Virus record (IMG/VR): IMGVR_UViG_3300023184_000033
Span: 99,825-163,824 of that record
DNA from: a virus
DNA: 64,000 nt
Direction: 5' to 3' (one strand)
Shown here: one piece after another, positions 19,726 through 28,950 of the stretch
How the letters are laid out: each line of letters begins with the position of its first letter
Numbering within the stretch: position 1 is the stretch's first letter
Made by a program: the position numbers and the translations under genes
The notes under the pieces: model-generated
Databases searched by the model: none
What the model was told of the DNA's origin: nothing
Seen by the model: the letters and a program-made list of their open reading frames with translations, nothing else

Positions 19726-20121
19726 TTATCTGTTTCTCTCTAATATAAGGTTTACTGTTGTTGGAGTTGTTGCATTTTCAATATAAAATGATATAGAAAC
19801 TTCATATGCATGGTCATCAGGCATTGCCTTAACAGAAACATAATTTAAATTAGCTCTTCTTTCAAAATTACCAATTACATTCTTAATTTCATTTTCAATA
19901 CTAGACGCAGTTAAAGGCGTTGAATTTTCAAATAATAACATATCCAAATTCGAACCAATTGCTGGATTGAATAATTTCTCATAGTGTTTTGTCAATAAGA
20001 GGTTTCGTATTGAACGAACTACCGCTTGAGAATCGTAACTAATGGCAATATCACCTATCACCGGTCTCTTGGTGAAGGTGAAATCTATGTCCGAGTATAT
20101 TTTTTTAAGAGTATCTGCCAT
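19726..20121 (-). CDS. gp25: Baseplate wedge subunit gp25
   Basis: YSDIDF, AVVRSIRNLLLT..YEKLFNP.IGS. Confidence 0.93.
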   Translation of the reverse strand: MADTLKKIYSDIDFTFTKRPVIGDIAISYDSQAVVRSIRNLLLTKHYEKLFNPAIGSNLDMLLFENSTPLTASSIENEIKNVIGNFERRANLNYVSVKAMPDDHAYEVSISFYIENATTPTTVNLILERNR

Positions 20122-20125
20122 TTTC

Positions 20126-20132
20126 TATTTAT
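20126..20132 (-). promoter_or_regulatory. T4-type late promoter (ATAAATA)
   Basis: Box directly upstream of gp25. Confidence 0.55.
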
Positions 20133-20983
20133 GAGTTTATTCTAGACTTTATCTTATCGGTACCTAACACTTCATTTAACAAATATTTTTCAGTCTCTCC
20201 GGAACTGGAAAAACTTCTCATTTCATTAAATCTATTCACCATGCTCTTAACATTTGTGAAAAATGCAATATCATGTCCTTGTCTTTCAATCATAAATGCA
20301 TTTAGTTCATTTAATTTTGATGTTATTCCTGTGATTGCGCCTGTTGGATCACTATTAGCTGCAATAATCGTATTCACCTTAGTCAATATTGAGGTAACAT
20401 TACTTGCATAATCCTTAAATTGTGGTACAACCAGAAGGCTGGTCAATGAACCTAAAATTGGAGAGTTGTCCACAATACCATCAGTTTGATTTGTGATGTA
20501 GATGGCTTGTTTACCATAAGCCGTTAAGGTTTTATAGTAGGGATTGATGTGTGTATCTTCCTGACCTTCCATTGGAGTTACACCAGAAACTTTATTTGTG
20601 TGGAAAATCATATTATTTGCAGCAATTGTTATATTATTCGCTGCGGTTTTAATACCAATCAAGCTTGGTCCAAAATAAGACGGCGGCAATGGTTCATCAG
20701 TCATAACATTCGTACCGGCCGAGGTCATTGCAACACCAATTTTCTGAATAATTGTATTTGATGTTGATATAATTGTATTAAGATATGCAACGACCGGATT
20801 TTGGTAATAACCACCAACATCATTATTTTTTAAGTCTGTTGCTTGCCACTCATTGATAATTGGAGGAAATTGTTGTAAATTTGCTTGTGTATTTGCAGAA
20901 AATTCTTGAACTGTTCCATTTGGATCATTAAAATTGAAACCTAATGTTGCGTATACGCCTGATGCATTATTAATTAAAGCCAT
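20129..20983 (-). CDS. Hypothetical protein (likely virion/baseplate associated)
   Basis: 284-aa ORF between the gp5 C-terminal gene and gp25; good SD. Confidence 0.6.
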   Translation of the reverse strand: MALINNASGVYATLGFNFNDPNGTVQEFSANTQANLQQFPPIINEWQATDLKNNDVGGYYQNPVVAYLNTIISTSNTIIQKIGVAMTSAGTNVMTDEPLPPSYFGPSLIGIKTAANNITIAANNMIFHTNKVSGVTPMEGQEDTHINPYYKTLTAYGKQAIYITNQTDGIVDNSPILGSLTSLLVVPQFKDYASNVTSILTKVNTIIAANSDPTGAITGITSKLNELNAFMIERQGHDIAFFTNVKSMVNRFNEMRSFSSSGETEKYLLNEVLGTDKIKSRINS

Positions 20984-20993
20984 AATATTTTCC

Positions 20994-21920
20994 TTAAATC
21001 ATTGGTAATAAAGTTGAACTAGTTGGAAAACCTTTATTTCCAATATGAGCGTGTGCATTAAAAATACCTGTGTTTACTTCATCTGTCATCCAAACTGCGT
21101 CCATAAGACCGGTTTTCACCATCACAGGAAAATTTCCTAGTGGTGAATTAACCGCAAGTAATGCATTAACGGACATCACCGCATTAACAGACATCAATGT
21201 GCTAATTGGTAACATTGCAAAAATGCTACCCATACAGGTGATTGATCCTGGTGTAGCTACAGGTGTTAGTGGTGTTGGAAAACCAAGACTCAGACCACCT
21301 AATGCGGAAGTGAATCCATAAGGTCCTGCGACAACTCCCATGCCTGCATTAACACGTGATTCAGCGGTAATCGTGTCACAAGAAATAGAACCACCAACAT
21401 CTAGATCCGCACCAACGTACACATTATCAGATGCATTAATTCTTACTGAACCACCAAAAGTTTCATTGGCTGAAATAATAACATCGTCATCACCATTAAC
21501 CCATATCTCACCACTAGCTCTAAGATTATATTCACCTTTTACATAAAGATTATAATCACCAAGAACTTGATGGTTGAAATCACCAGTAACATCTAAGTTA
21601 CAATCACCTTTAACTGTAATATTGCAATGTCCGGTTACTTCAACGTTTTTGTTACCTGCAATAATTTCATAACCATTTCCTAGAATTTTAATGGTATTGT
21701 CACCCAGAGCATTAAACTCCATGAATGAACCAATTCTATGTTGCAAACGAATACGTTCAGCTCCAGGAGTGTCATCCATTTCAAATGAATGACCAGATTC
21801 AGTTTGTGTTACATGGTTATAAGGAAAAAGTGGTGGATTATCTACTGTTGGACCTTCAGGTTCTGTCCATAAACCAGGAGCTTCCGCTGGAGGTGAATTG
21901 ATGTCGGATTCGTTTGCCAT
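20994..21920 (-). CDS. gp5: gp5 C-terminal (spike beta-helix) protein
   Basis: PYNHVTQTESGHSFEMDDTPGAERIRLQHRIG; V-x-G-D/N octapeptide repeats; terminal NAHAHIG. Confidence 0.85.
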   Translation of the reverse strand: MANESDINSPPAEAPGLWTEPEGPTVDNPPLFPYNHVTQTESGHSFEMDDTPGAERIRLQHRIGSFMEFNALGDNTIKILGNGYEIIAGNKNVEVTGHCNITVKGDCNLDVTGDFNHQVLGDYNLYVKGEYNLRASGEIWVNGDDDVIISANETFGGSVRINASDNVYVGADLDVGGSISCDTITAESRVNAGMGVVAGPYGFTSALGGLSLGFPTPLTPVATPGSITCMGSIFAMLPISTLMSVNAVMSVNALLAVNSPLGNFPVMVKTGLMDAVWMTDEVNTGIFNAHAHIGNKGFPTSSTLLPMI

Positions 21921-21922
21921 TT

Positions 21923-22840
21923 TTATATCGTTGATCTGTTAGCGGATGAGGAAATCGAAGCCATTGATGTTGATGTTGAAACTGTATTTGCTATATTGGC
22001 GGTTGTAGGCATCGAACTTGCAATTGATTTAATCGTCACTGATGCAGTATTTGCGGTATCAGCAGTAACTGATTGAGTCAATGTGCTTTGTGCTGTTGTT
22101 AAAGATGCTGCGCCAGTCACAGAACTTGCAGATTTATTTAACTTGGTGCTTGTAAGAGCTCCTAACGATTGTACTTCTGCAACTGTCTTACCGGCTAAGG
22201 CAACTGTTGTTGTTATTGTTTTAATAATTTCTTTACCATCATTCATAATCTCTTTTATGTCTTTTCCAATTCCACTATCGGGACCATCACTTTCAAACAA
22301 AGTGTCAATAAAAACTTTTCCAATTGCAGAAATAAGAGCAGTTAAACATTCACGTAAATATTTTAGAAAACGTGCGGGTAAACCAAGAATCCAAGCAATA
22401 ACCGCTTTAATATAACCAATAAATTTAATAACTTTAATTAAAAATTTTGCAATTGGTTTAATATAGGTATTAACATAGTATTTAATTTCTTGTACGATTG
22501 CTTTAACTTTATTGATAATTGTGGAAATAACTCCTGATGGATCACCAAGTCCTAAAAACCTTTTAATTGCACGAACAGCTTCTCTAACTGCTGTCAACAT
22601 TGCTTTAATATATTTTTTAAGTCCAATTCTTCTTGAAAGATTGATACCAAAATCACAATGATGAGCAAGTCTATTACTCATTTTGTCGATAGTTGTATCT
22701 TTCATCACACCTCTGGCTGCACGTGGTGTAGTAGGAGTTCCTTTTATGCGAGAATCACCCTTTTCCTTTGGTTTAGGTGGGTTAGATTCTTTACCATCAG
22801 CTGCCGCTGGAGCTAACTCTGGATATGGTTCATCGTTCAT
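21923..22840 (-). CDS. Helical protein in the gp5 locus (probable gp5 middle segment)
   Basis: PTTPRAARG motif near the N-terminus, then long amphipathic helices; lies between the gp5 N- and C-terminal genes. Confidence 0.5.
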   Translation of the reverse strand: MNDEPYPELAPAAADGKESNPPKPKEKGDSRIKGTPTTPRAARGVMKDTTIDKMSNRLAHHCDFGINLSRRIGLKKYIKAMLTAVREAVRAIKRFLGLGDPSGVISTIINKVKAIVQEIKYYVNTYIKPIAKFLIKVIKFIGYIKAVIAWILGLPARFLKYLRECLTALISAIGKVFIDTLFESDGPDSGIGKDIKEIMNDGKEIIKTITTTVALAGKTVAEVQSLGALTSTKLNKSASSVTGAASLTTAQSTLTQSVTADTANTASVTIKSIASSMPTTANIANTVSTSTSMASISSSANRSTI

Positions 22841-23055
22841 TTTATTCCTGATGCATTGAGGTTTAAATTTATAATGTCACGATAGTGTGAAGCACATTCT
22901 TCATGTTGTTCGTCAACACAAATTTCATCATGGCAATGAAATTGTTTCATTCTTTCATCATATTCTTCTTGTGTTATTAATTCCGCCTGTAGATGTGCGT
23001 TCATTACTTCAATTTCGTGTGCCATTAAATGCAATTTATATAATTCGTGACTCAT
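22837..23055 (-). CDS. Small His/Cys-rich acidic hypothetical protein
   Basis: 72-aa ORF abutting both neighbours; HCHDEIC..HEECASH. Confidence 0.65.
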   Translation of the reverse strand: MSHELYKLHLMAHEIEVMNAHLQAELITQEEYDERMKQFHCHDEICVDEQHEECASHYRDIINLNLNASGIK

Positions 23056-23397
23056 TTAAGCCTCCTCTAACTCAGAATTATCTGTATCTGCCGGATCATT
23101 TTGTAATCCAGGTAAAACGCCCATCATCACCGGTGATTGTCCAGATAAACCATCAGTAAAAAATCCAACGACCCAATCACCAATTCTTGGTGGTGAAAAT
23201 GTATTTGAATTATTTATGGGTAACAGTGGAATAGCCCACGGTAAATCTTCTGTTGGCAATAGTTCTATATTATCAGTATGCCATCCAAAGATTCTACATT
23301 GACAACGACCAAGACCCATCGTATCTATTCTATTTTCTACAATACCCATCCACCAAATAAAACCATCTTTACCTAAAAAGTTTTCCATTATATCCAC
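23056..23397 (-). CDS. gp5: gp5 N-terminal OB-fold domain (stand-alone)
   Basis: FIWWMGIVENR.D...GRCQCRIFGWH...LPTEDLPWA...GDWVVGFF.DG...Q.P.MMG. Confidence 0.9.
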   Translation of the reverse strand: MDIMENFLGKDGFIWWMGIVENRIDTMGLGRCQCRIFGWHTDNIELLPTEDLPWAIPLLPINNSNTFSPPRIGDWVVGFFTDGLSGQSPVMMGVLPGLQNDPADTDNSELEEA

Positions 23398-24782
23398 ACC
23401 TCTTTCATTCCATCTACCAATTTTTGCAAATTGGAATCATTATCATTATCAACATATGTTGCACTTTCTGTTCCACTATCTTTTGCCAATTCCAATATAG
23501 TTTGATATGCACTAATTGATGGTTGAATAATATGTCTTGCAGCTGTAACCAAATACTTACCTGAATAATTAATATCTAATTCGCCATTGTTTTGTATGGA
23601 CGGAAGAGATATCTCCACAACTTGGCCAACCATAAGACCAGAAAAACCAGGTACAACAATTTTTATGGTTGTTAACATAGATAATGCAATTTGTGCTGTT
23701 CTGTTTGGAATAAAGGTTTCAACATAAATGTCTTTAGTATCGGAATTCGTATCCGAAAGATATTCATTTTTTTCTTGGTTCGAATTTCCTGTTGCCAACT
23801 TCAATGAACCATCATAACCAGTATATAATTCTTTACCAAATCTATTTTTTAAATTGTTTATTATTGAATTACCATTTAGAGAAGTTGTATCCGTATCAGC
23901 ATTATACTTATTATAATTAAAAGTAGTTTGTGTTTTCTTTCTTTGTATTGGGTCTAGAGATATCAATTTATTGGCAAACGCACCAGAATTAATTCCTTGT
24001 AATACATCATAAGCTTTTGGAAATTCAAAAGATATAATAACTTTCATCTTTTCTTCTAATGGTTGTTCTACATCATTTAGATTTCTTCGTTCATATTTAA
24101 AATCTCTATAGGTTGTGTCTTTAAACATAGACTGCAAAGACCTAAAATTATATCCATTTTTTGTTTCAAAGAACAACATGTCAGCACCTATACCTTCGGC
24201 CGGTCTTGCATAATTAGATAACCAACTTATTGCTTCAAATGGTTTCAATCTAGGTACAACAAAATTATATGTCCCAATTGTGTCTTCTATTGTGGAAATT
24301 CTTTCTGTTGGTATTTCTAATTGTTCCGTCAAAATATCATATATGATATCATTTACTTGATATCCCATATAAGATTTACTAATTTTTGTTTGTTCTGAGA
24401 GCGTCAATTCATCCGAACAAAAATATAATGTATAATACTCTGACATAAAGTTGCCAGAATTATTTCGGTCTGCTAATTTGTAAACTTTGTATGTTTTTTC
24501 GTGTTTGTCTGGATCATCAGCAGATTTCCCATAAACAATTCGTATGTACTCATTCCCAGCTAACTTAAATGCTTCTATTAAACCAAGAGCATCTTCTACT
24601 TTTACATAACCAGACACAGAAAAACTAAAAATATCTTCATTTATCGATAATTCACGTAATATTTTACGCAAATCAATACTTTCACCATTTGTCGCAAAAA
24701 GTCTAATTTCCTCTAAGTGATAATTTTCAGAGTAATATACACCTTTCGAATCTTCTACTGTATCAAAATTTACTGTGGCCAT
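23388..24782 (-). CDS. Baseplate hub protein (gp27-like)
   Basis: INEDIF, FFETKNGYNFRSL, YSGKYLVTAARH; position between gp53 and gp5. Confidence 0.78.
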   Translation of the reverse strand: MATVNFDTVEDSKGVYYSENYHLEEIRLFATNGESIDLRKILRELSINEDIFSFSVSGYVKVEDALGLIEAFKLAGNEYIRIVYGKSADDPDKHEKTYKVYKLADRNNSGNFMSEYYTLYFCSDELTLSEQTKISKSYMGYQVNDIIYDILTEQLEIPTERISTIEDTIGTYNFVVPRLKPFEAISWLSNYARPAEGIGADMLFFETKNGYNFRSLQSMFKDTTYRDFKYERRNLNDVEQPLEEKMKVIISFEFPKAYDVLQGINSGAFANKLISLDPIQRKKTQTTFNYNKYNADTDTTSLNGNSIINNLKNRFGKELYTGYDGSLKLATGNSNQEKNEYLSDTNSDTKDIYVETFIPNRTAQIALSMLTTIKIVVPGFSGLMVGQVVEISLPSIQNNGELDINYSGKYLVTAARHIIQPSISAYQTILELAKDSGTESATYVDNDNDSNLQKLVDGMKEVWI

Positions 24783-24785
24783 TTT

Positions 24786-25382
24786 TTATTGTTTAAATAA
24801 TTTAGTAATTTCAGTTTCAATTTGCGACACATAACCAGCGTTTATAAGATTAATATTGCGTTTGGCTTCATTTTTTTCATTTTCCATTGTGTATATATTA
24901 ACTACTCGGACCTTTTCCGAAATAACACAATCAATAGTACTTGTTTGATATGATTTGGTTACTGGTGCAAAATTGTCATATTCATTTTTATTAATTGAAA
25001 CGATGTCAACCGTATTAGTATTTGTAAGTTTGTCAGTAGTTGTAATTATTTTTTCATAATGATCCACCGTAGCAAAAATGTCATTATTTGGATATTTTTT
25101 GGCCAAATAATCAGACATTACACTCTGAGACAATGGCCAGTCCCATTGTGGATTAATGATTTTATTTGCAAATAATACCAACCAATAACGATATACATCA
25201 CCATAATATTTGTGAGCTATAATTTCTGGAGTATCACCTTCTTGTATGTCATAATTATAAAATACCATTGGGTTTGAAAATAAACCAGGAATAATACTAG
25301 ACCTAGCTAATAAATTTGTCCTTATGGTTGAATTACCATTTTCGGTTACAATTATTTTTGGTAGTGCATTAAAATATTTCAT
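24786..25382 (-). CDS. gp53: Baseplate wedge subunit gp53 (LysM-like)
   Basis: YFNALP, EGDTPEIIAHKYYG...WLVLFAN..INPQWDWP, ENEKNEAKRNI. Confidence 0.93.
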   Translation of the reverse strand: MKYFNALPKIIVTENGNSTIRTNLLARSSIIPGLFSNPMVFYNYDIQEGDTPEIIAHKYYGDVYRYWLVLFANKIINPQWDWPLSQSVMSDYLAKKYPNNDIFATVDHYEKIITTTDKLTNTNTVDIVSINKNEYDNFAPVTKSYQTSTIDCVISEKVRVVNIYTMENEKNEAKRNINLINAGYVSQIETEITKLFKQ

Positions 25383-25384
25383 CT

Positions 25385-26329
25385 TTAATATCCGTTTTCA
25401 ACACCAGTTTGACCATCCCTATCAATAAGTGACAATTCTTTAAAATCTACTTTCATTTTAATATTTACAGGTGAACCATCTTGGTGTGTTGACCATCCAT
25501 TTGGTGCATAATCAATCTCAACATTTGTTACCACAGAATCTGCAACTTTATTAACATACGTATTTCTTCCATCTAAGAATCTAAAGTCGATTTCGAAAAT
25601 TGATGGCGGAGTAAAAGCCATGCCATAAGATCCTTCCATAGTTCTTGGACGTGAATACATTTTGAAAGCTTCAATGATATTTCTGACAGATGTTGTTTCT
25701 TTTTTTGATTTTGGCATAAAAATAAATTCAAAAGAAAATGTTCTTAGGGGTATGCCATCAAATATTACTTGTTGGTTTGGATTGATTGCTATTCCTTGTG
25801 ATTTTAAAAATAATTTACTTACATCATTAGAAGCTATACCAGAAAGTGTTTTTGCAGCACCGCCAATGACGCCTGGTAATTTTGATAAAGCATTACCTTC
25901 GGCCAAAGGATTAAGAATTATTTCACCATAACTGGCTTGATAATCAAATTGAACCGAATCGGGAATATATAATGATATCTCTGCAACTTGTTGAGTTAAT
26001 CTAGGATTCAAAGTGGTATTGACTTTATTAATTAATGATTTAGTAGAATCTGTGGCCTTGTCTATGAGTTTACCGAACTGGCCAGTTAATGTACCCTCTT
26101 TGTCAAACGTTAATGATAGGTCGGTGCCGGATTCCAATTCAAAAGGTTCTATATCATAAATTCTAAAGGTAATATAATGAGCTCTTGTACCACTAGCCAA
26201 GTCATCGGGATATTTCAGCATATCCAAACCAAAAGGATCACCAAAAAGCGCACCCAAAGGACCTCCGGCCTTAGACATGCCGGGAATATGCACGCCGAAG
26301 ATTGAAGTTGGAAATGAAATGACAGCCAT
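25385..26329 (-). CDS. gp48: Baseplate tail tube cap gp48
   Basis: LKYPDDL, ISLYIP, NPNQQVIF...RTFSFEF.F.PKS..E, F.EL. Confidence 0.88.
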   Translation of the reverse strand: MAVISFPTSIFGVHIPGMSKAGGPLGALFGDPFGLDMLKYPDDLASGTRAHYITFRIYDIEPFELESGTDLSLTFDKEGTLTGQFGKLIDKATDSTKSLINKVNTTLNPRLTQQVAEISLYIPDSVQFDYQASYGEIILNPLAEGNALSKLPGVIGGAAKTLSGIASNDVSKLFLKSQGIAINPNQQVIFDGIPLRTFSFEFIFMPKSKKETTSVRNIIEAFKMYSRPRTMEGSYGMAFTPPSIFEIDFRFLDGRNTYVNKVADSVVTNVEIDYAPNGWSTHQDGSPVNIKMKVDFKELSLIDRDGQTGVENGY

Positions 26330-26357
26330 CGTTATCTCTCTTTTAAATGAATATACA

Positions 26358-26365
26358 TATTTATA
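26358..26365 (-). promoter_or_regulatory. T4 late promoter TATAAATA driving gp48 leftward
   Basis: Perfect TATAAATA on the minus strand about 30 nt upstream of the gp48 start, at the divergence point. Confidence 0.75.
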
Positions 26366-26799
26366 TGGCTTATTCAGGATATTTTAGACCAAAGCACCCG
26401 CAAAAGTATGTGGGTGACTATAAAAACATTGTTTATCGTTCGTCATGGGAGTGCCGAGTGATGGATTGGCTTGACCGCAATCAAGATATCATCAGTTGGG
26501 CTTCAGAAGAACTTATAATACCTTATATATCGCCGGTTGATAACCGCCAACACAGATATTTTCCAGATTTTCTTGTAAAAATGAAAACGAGAGAAGGTAA
26601 AACTAAAACTGTACTGATTGAGGTCAAACCTAAGTATCAAACACAACCACCAATTCAAAAGAAACGCATAACAAAACAATATATCAATGAAGTTACAACA
26701 TGGGGTGTAAATCAATCCAAATGGAAAGCGGCCAACGAATATTGTCTTGACAGGGGTTGGGAGTTTTTAATTATAACCGAAGACCATCTTGGTCTCTAA
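26365..26799 (+). CDS. gp4: Head completion nuclease gp4 (TnsA-like endonuclease)
   Basis: KYVGD..NIVYRSSWE, WASEE..IPY.SP.D...HRYFPDF, IEVKP, NQSKW. Confidence 0.95.
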   Translation: MAYSGYFRPKHPQKYVGDYKNIVYRSSWECRVMDWLDRNQDIISWASEELIIPYISPVDNRQHRYFPDFLVKMKTREGKTKTVLIEVKPKYQTQPPIQKKRITKQYINEVTTWGVNQSKWKAANEYCLDRGWEFLIITEDHLGL

Positions 26800-26807
26800 C
26801 ATAAATA
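26800..26807 (+). promoter_or_regulatory. T4-type late promoter (CATAAATA)
   Basis: Immediately upstream of the gp2 start. Confidence 0.6.
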
Positions 26808-26811
26808 CACG

Positions 26812-27408
26812 ATGGCATCTAAATTAACACAACTTACCCAAGAAAAGACCGCTGCAGAACTTCAAAGTATGTCCCGTGAGGCATACAAATGGTTGCTGCG
26901 TAAAGTCGCATTTATTAGAAATCCAAGGTCTATACCACCCACAATTAAAAGGGAACAAGACCGATATACAAATAGACCACTATTGGGCAAGATGTATTTT
27001 TTCTATTATGATCCAAAAACAAAAACTGAACTACCATACTATGATACTTTCCCGTTGGTATTAGTATTGGACAAATATGCTGATGGTTTCTTAGGGTTGA
27101 ATTTGCATTACTTGCCACTTAAATACCGAGTAATATTCCTAGACAAATTGATGCAATATGCACGATATGATGATGATGATGAGGTCAAGAAGATTAAGAT
27201 AACCTATGACATCCTGGACTCAGCCAGAAGGCTTCGAGAGTTTAGACCTTGTCTGAAACGTTATCTATATTCACACGTTAAGTCTAGGATATTAACCGTG
27301 CAACCGGCAGAAATAGACGTTGCGGTATTTTTACCAATTCAAAGATTCGTAAAAGAAAAGGCACAGACAGTTTGGAAAGAATCTGTGCAACAAATAAGGA
27401 ATAGTTAA
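26812..27408 (+). CDS. gp2: DNA end protector protein gp2
   Basis: MYFFYYDPKTK..LPYYDTFPLV, GLNLHYLP, PCLKRYL..HV. Confidence 0.95.
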   Translation: MASKLTQLTQEKTAAELQSMSREAYKWLLRKVAFIRNPRSIPPTIKREQDRYTNRPLLGKMYFFYYDPKTKTELPYYDTFPLVLVLDKYADGFLGLNLHYLPLKYRVIFLDKLMQYARYDDDDEVKKIKITYDILDSARRLREFRPCLKRYLYSHVKSRILTVQPAEIDVAVFLPIQRFVKEKAQTVWKESVQQIRNS

Positions 27409-27410
27409 AA

Positions 27411-28004
27411 ATGGCAGGTAATGTTAACGATTTTAAGGCAAGTTTTGCTAAGGACCTGGCAAAGTCGAATAAATTTGATGTGGTTATACCAGTACCATTA
27501 TCACTCATATTTTGGGTTAACAAGGCTAAAACTCTCACTATGAGATGTGAAGAAGCACATTTACCAGGAAGAACACTTGCAACAATGGACCTTAAAATTG
27601 GATCTAGTCCGGTTGAAAAATATCCATATGCAACAACATATAACGATATCGATCTAACATTTATGTTGGATGACACAATGGATCACAAAGTATTTTTTGA
27701 TTCATGGATGAACTACATCAGTCCGGTATATACTTGGAATCTTCGTTACAAAGACGATTACACAACAACAATCACCATTAACCAATATGATTCATTGAAT
27801 AAAAAAAGTTATTCTATTGATTTGTATGAAGCGTATCCAATATCAATAAATCAATTGGATTTATCATGGGGGAGTGAAGGTTATCATAAATTGAATGTAA
27901 CTTTTGCATACACATCTTGGTATAATAACTCAATACAGAATATTGGAAATGATTTACTTGACCTTGGTGCTGCAGCATTCGCAGATTTCCTTAATGATGA
28001 TTGA
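27411..28004 (+). CDS. gp54: Baseplate tail tube initiator (gp54/gp19-like)
   Basis: CEEAHLPGR, FFDSWM, LYEAYPISI..LDL..LNVTFAY. Confidence 0.8.
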   Translation: MAGNVNDFKASFAKDLAKSNKFDVVIPVPLSLIFWVNKAKTLTMRCEEAHLPGRTLATMDLKIGSSPVEKYPYATTYNDIDLTFMLDDTMDHKVFFDSWMNYISPVYTWNLRYKDDYTTTITINQYDSLNKKSYSIDLYEAYPISINQLDLSWGSEGYHKLNVTFAYTSWYNNSIQNIGNDLLDLGAAAFADFLNDD

Positions 28005-28013
28005 TGTAAAATT

Positions 28014-28021
28014 AATAAATA
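28014..28021 (+). promoter_or_regulatory. T4-type late promoter (AATAAATA)
   Basis: Upstream of gp26. Confidence 0.5.
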
Positions 28022-28045
28022 GTTTTTTTTGAAAGTGAGAATAAA

Positions 28046-28765
28046 ATGTTACCAAAACTTGACGTACCAACCTATGAACTAGACTTGCCGTTATCAAAGA
28101 AGAAGATTAAGTATAGACCTTTTTTAGTAAAAGAACAGAAAAATCTTCTAATGGCTATGGAATCAAAAGATTCTAATGATATTCATAATGCCATCAAAGA
28201 TGTACTTTCAAACTGTACAATCACAGATGGAATCAATTTTGATAAACTACCAATTATTGATGTTGAATATTATTTCATCAATTTAAGAGCAAAATCTGTG
28301 GGTGAGGTTATTGAAACAAAGTATCGATGTAATAACCAAGTGAATGATAAAACTTGTGGTGGTACAATGGAATCAGAAATTAATTTGCTTGACATTAAAC
28401 CGGAAGGCAAAGAAGTTAATCCAGAGATTGCGTTGGATAATAAAATCACAGTTAAGTTTAAGTATCCAGAATTTGGAATTGTTAAAGATTCTTTGAGTTA
28501 TGAATCTGAAACTGAAGTAACGTTTAACTTAGTTGCGAGTAGTATTGAATACATTTATGATGGTGACCAGTTCTTTTATGCACACGAATCAACACAAGAA
28601 GAATTGGTTGAATTTGTCGAATCTATGAATCAATCTCAATTTGAAAAAGTTGAAGAGTTCTTCTCCAGTATGCCTAAAATGAAGAAGACACTTGAGATTA
28701 CTTGTGGTAAATGTGGATATGAACATAAACTTGAAATGGAAGGGCTCGAAAGTTTTTTCGGCTAA
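28046..28765 (+). CDS. gp26: Baseplate hub assembly protein gp26
   Basis: LPKLDVPTY, YRPFLVKEQK.LL, D.EYYF..LRAKSVGE, C..C zinc motifs, EGLESFF. Confidence 0.93.
   Translation: MLPKLDVPTYELDLPLSKKKIKYRPFLVKEQKNLLMAMESKDSNDIHNAIKDVLSNCTITDGINFDKLPIIDVEYYFINLRAKSVGEVIETKYRCNNQVNDKTCGGTMESEINLLDIKPEGKEVNPEIALDNKITVKFKYPEFGIVKDSLSYESETEVTFNLVASSIEYIYDGDQFFYAHESTQEELVEFVESMNQSQFEKVEEFFSSMPKMKKTLEITCGKCGYEHKLEMEGLESFFG
28753..28759 (+). other. Putative -1 ribosomal frameshift heptamer T TTT TTC
   Basis: X XXY YYZ pattern in phase with gp26, one codon before its stop; the -1 frame is open into gp51. Confidence 0.7.
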
Positions 28766-28950
28766 CCTTTTGTCATGAAAACCTGAAGAATTATTATCGG
28801 ACAAACTTTGCAATGATGCAACACCACAAATACAGTTTGACCGAGCTTGAATCCATGTTACCTTGGGAACGTGATATTTACGTTACTATGCTGATACAAT
28901 ATATCGAAGATGAAAACCAAAAGATAAAAGAACGGCAAAAAAGAGGGTAA
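28753..28950 (+). CDS. gp51: Baseplate hub assembly catalyst gp51 (missing from ORF track; first in-frame ATG at 28813)
   Basis: -1 frame reads FFRLTFCHENLKNYYRTNFAMMQHHKYSLTELESMLPWERDIYV...KRG*. Confidence 0.88.
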   Translation, partial: FFRLTFCHENLKNYYRTNFAMMQHHKYSLTELESMLPWERDIYVTMLIQYIEDENQKIKERQKRG

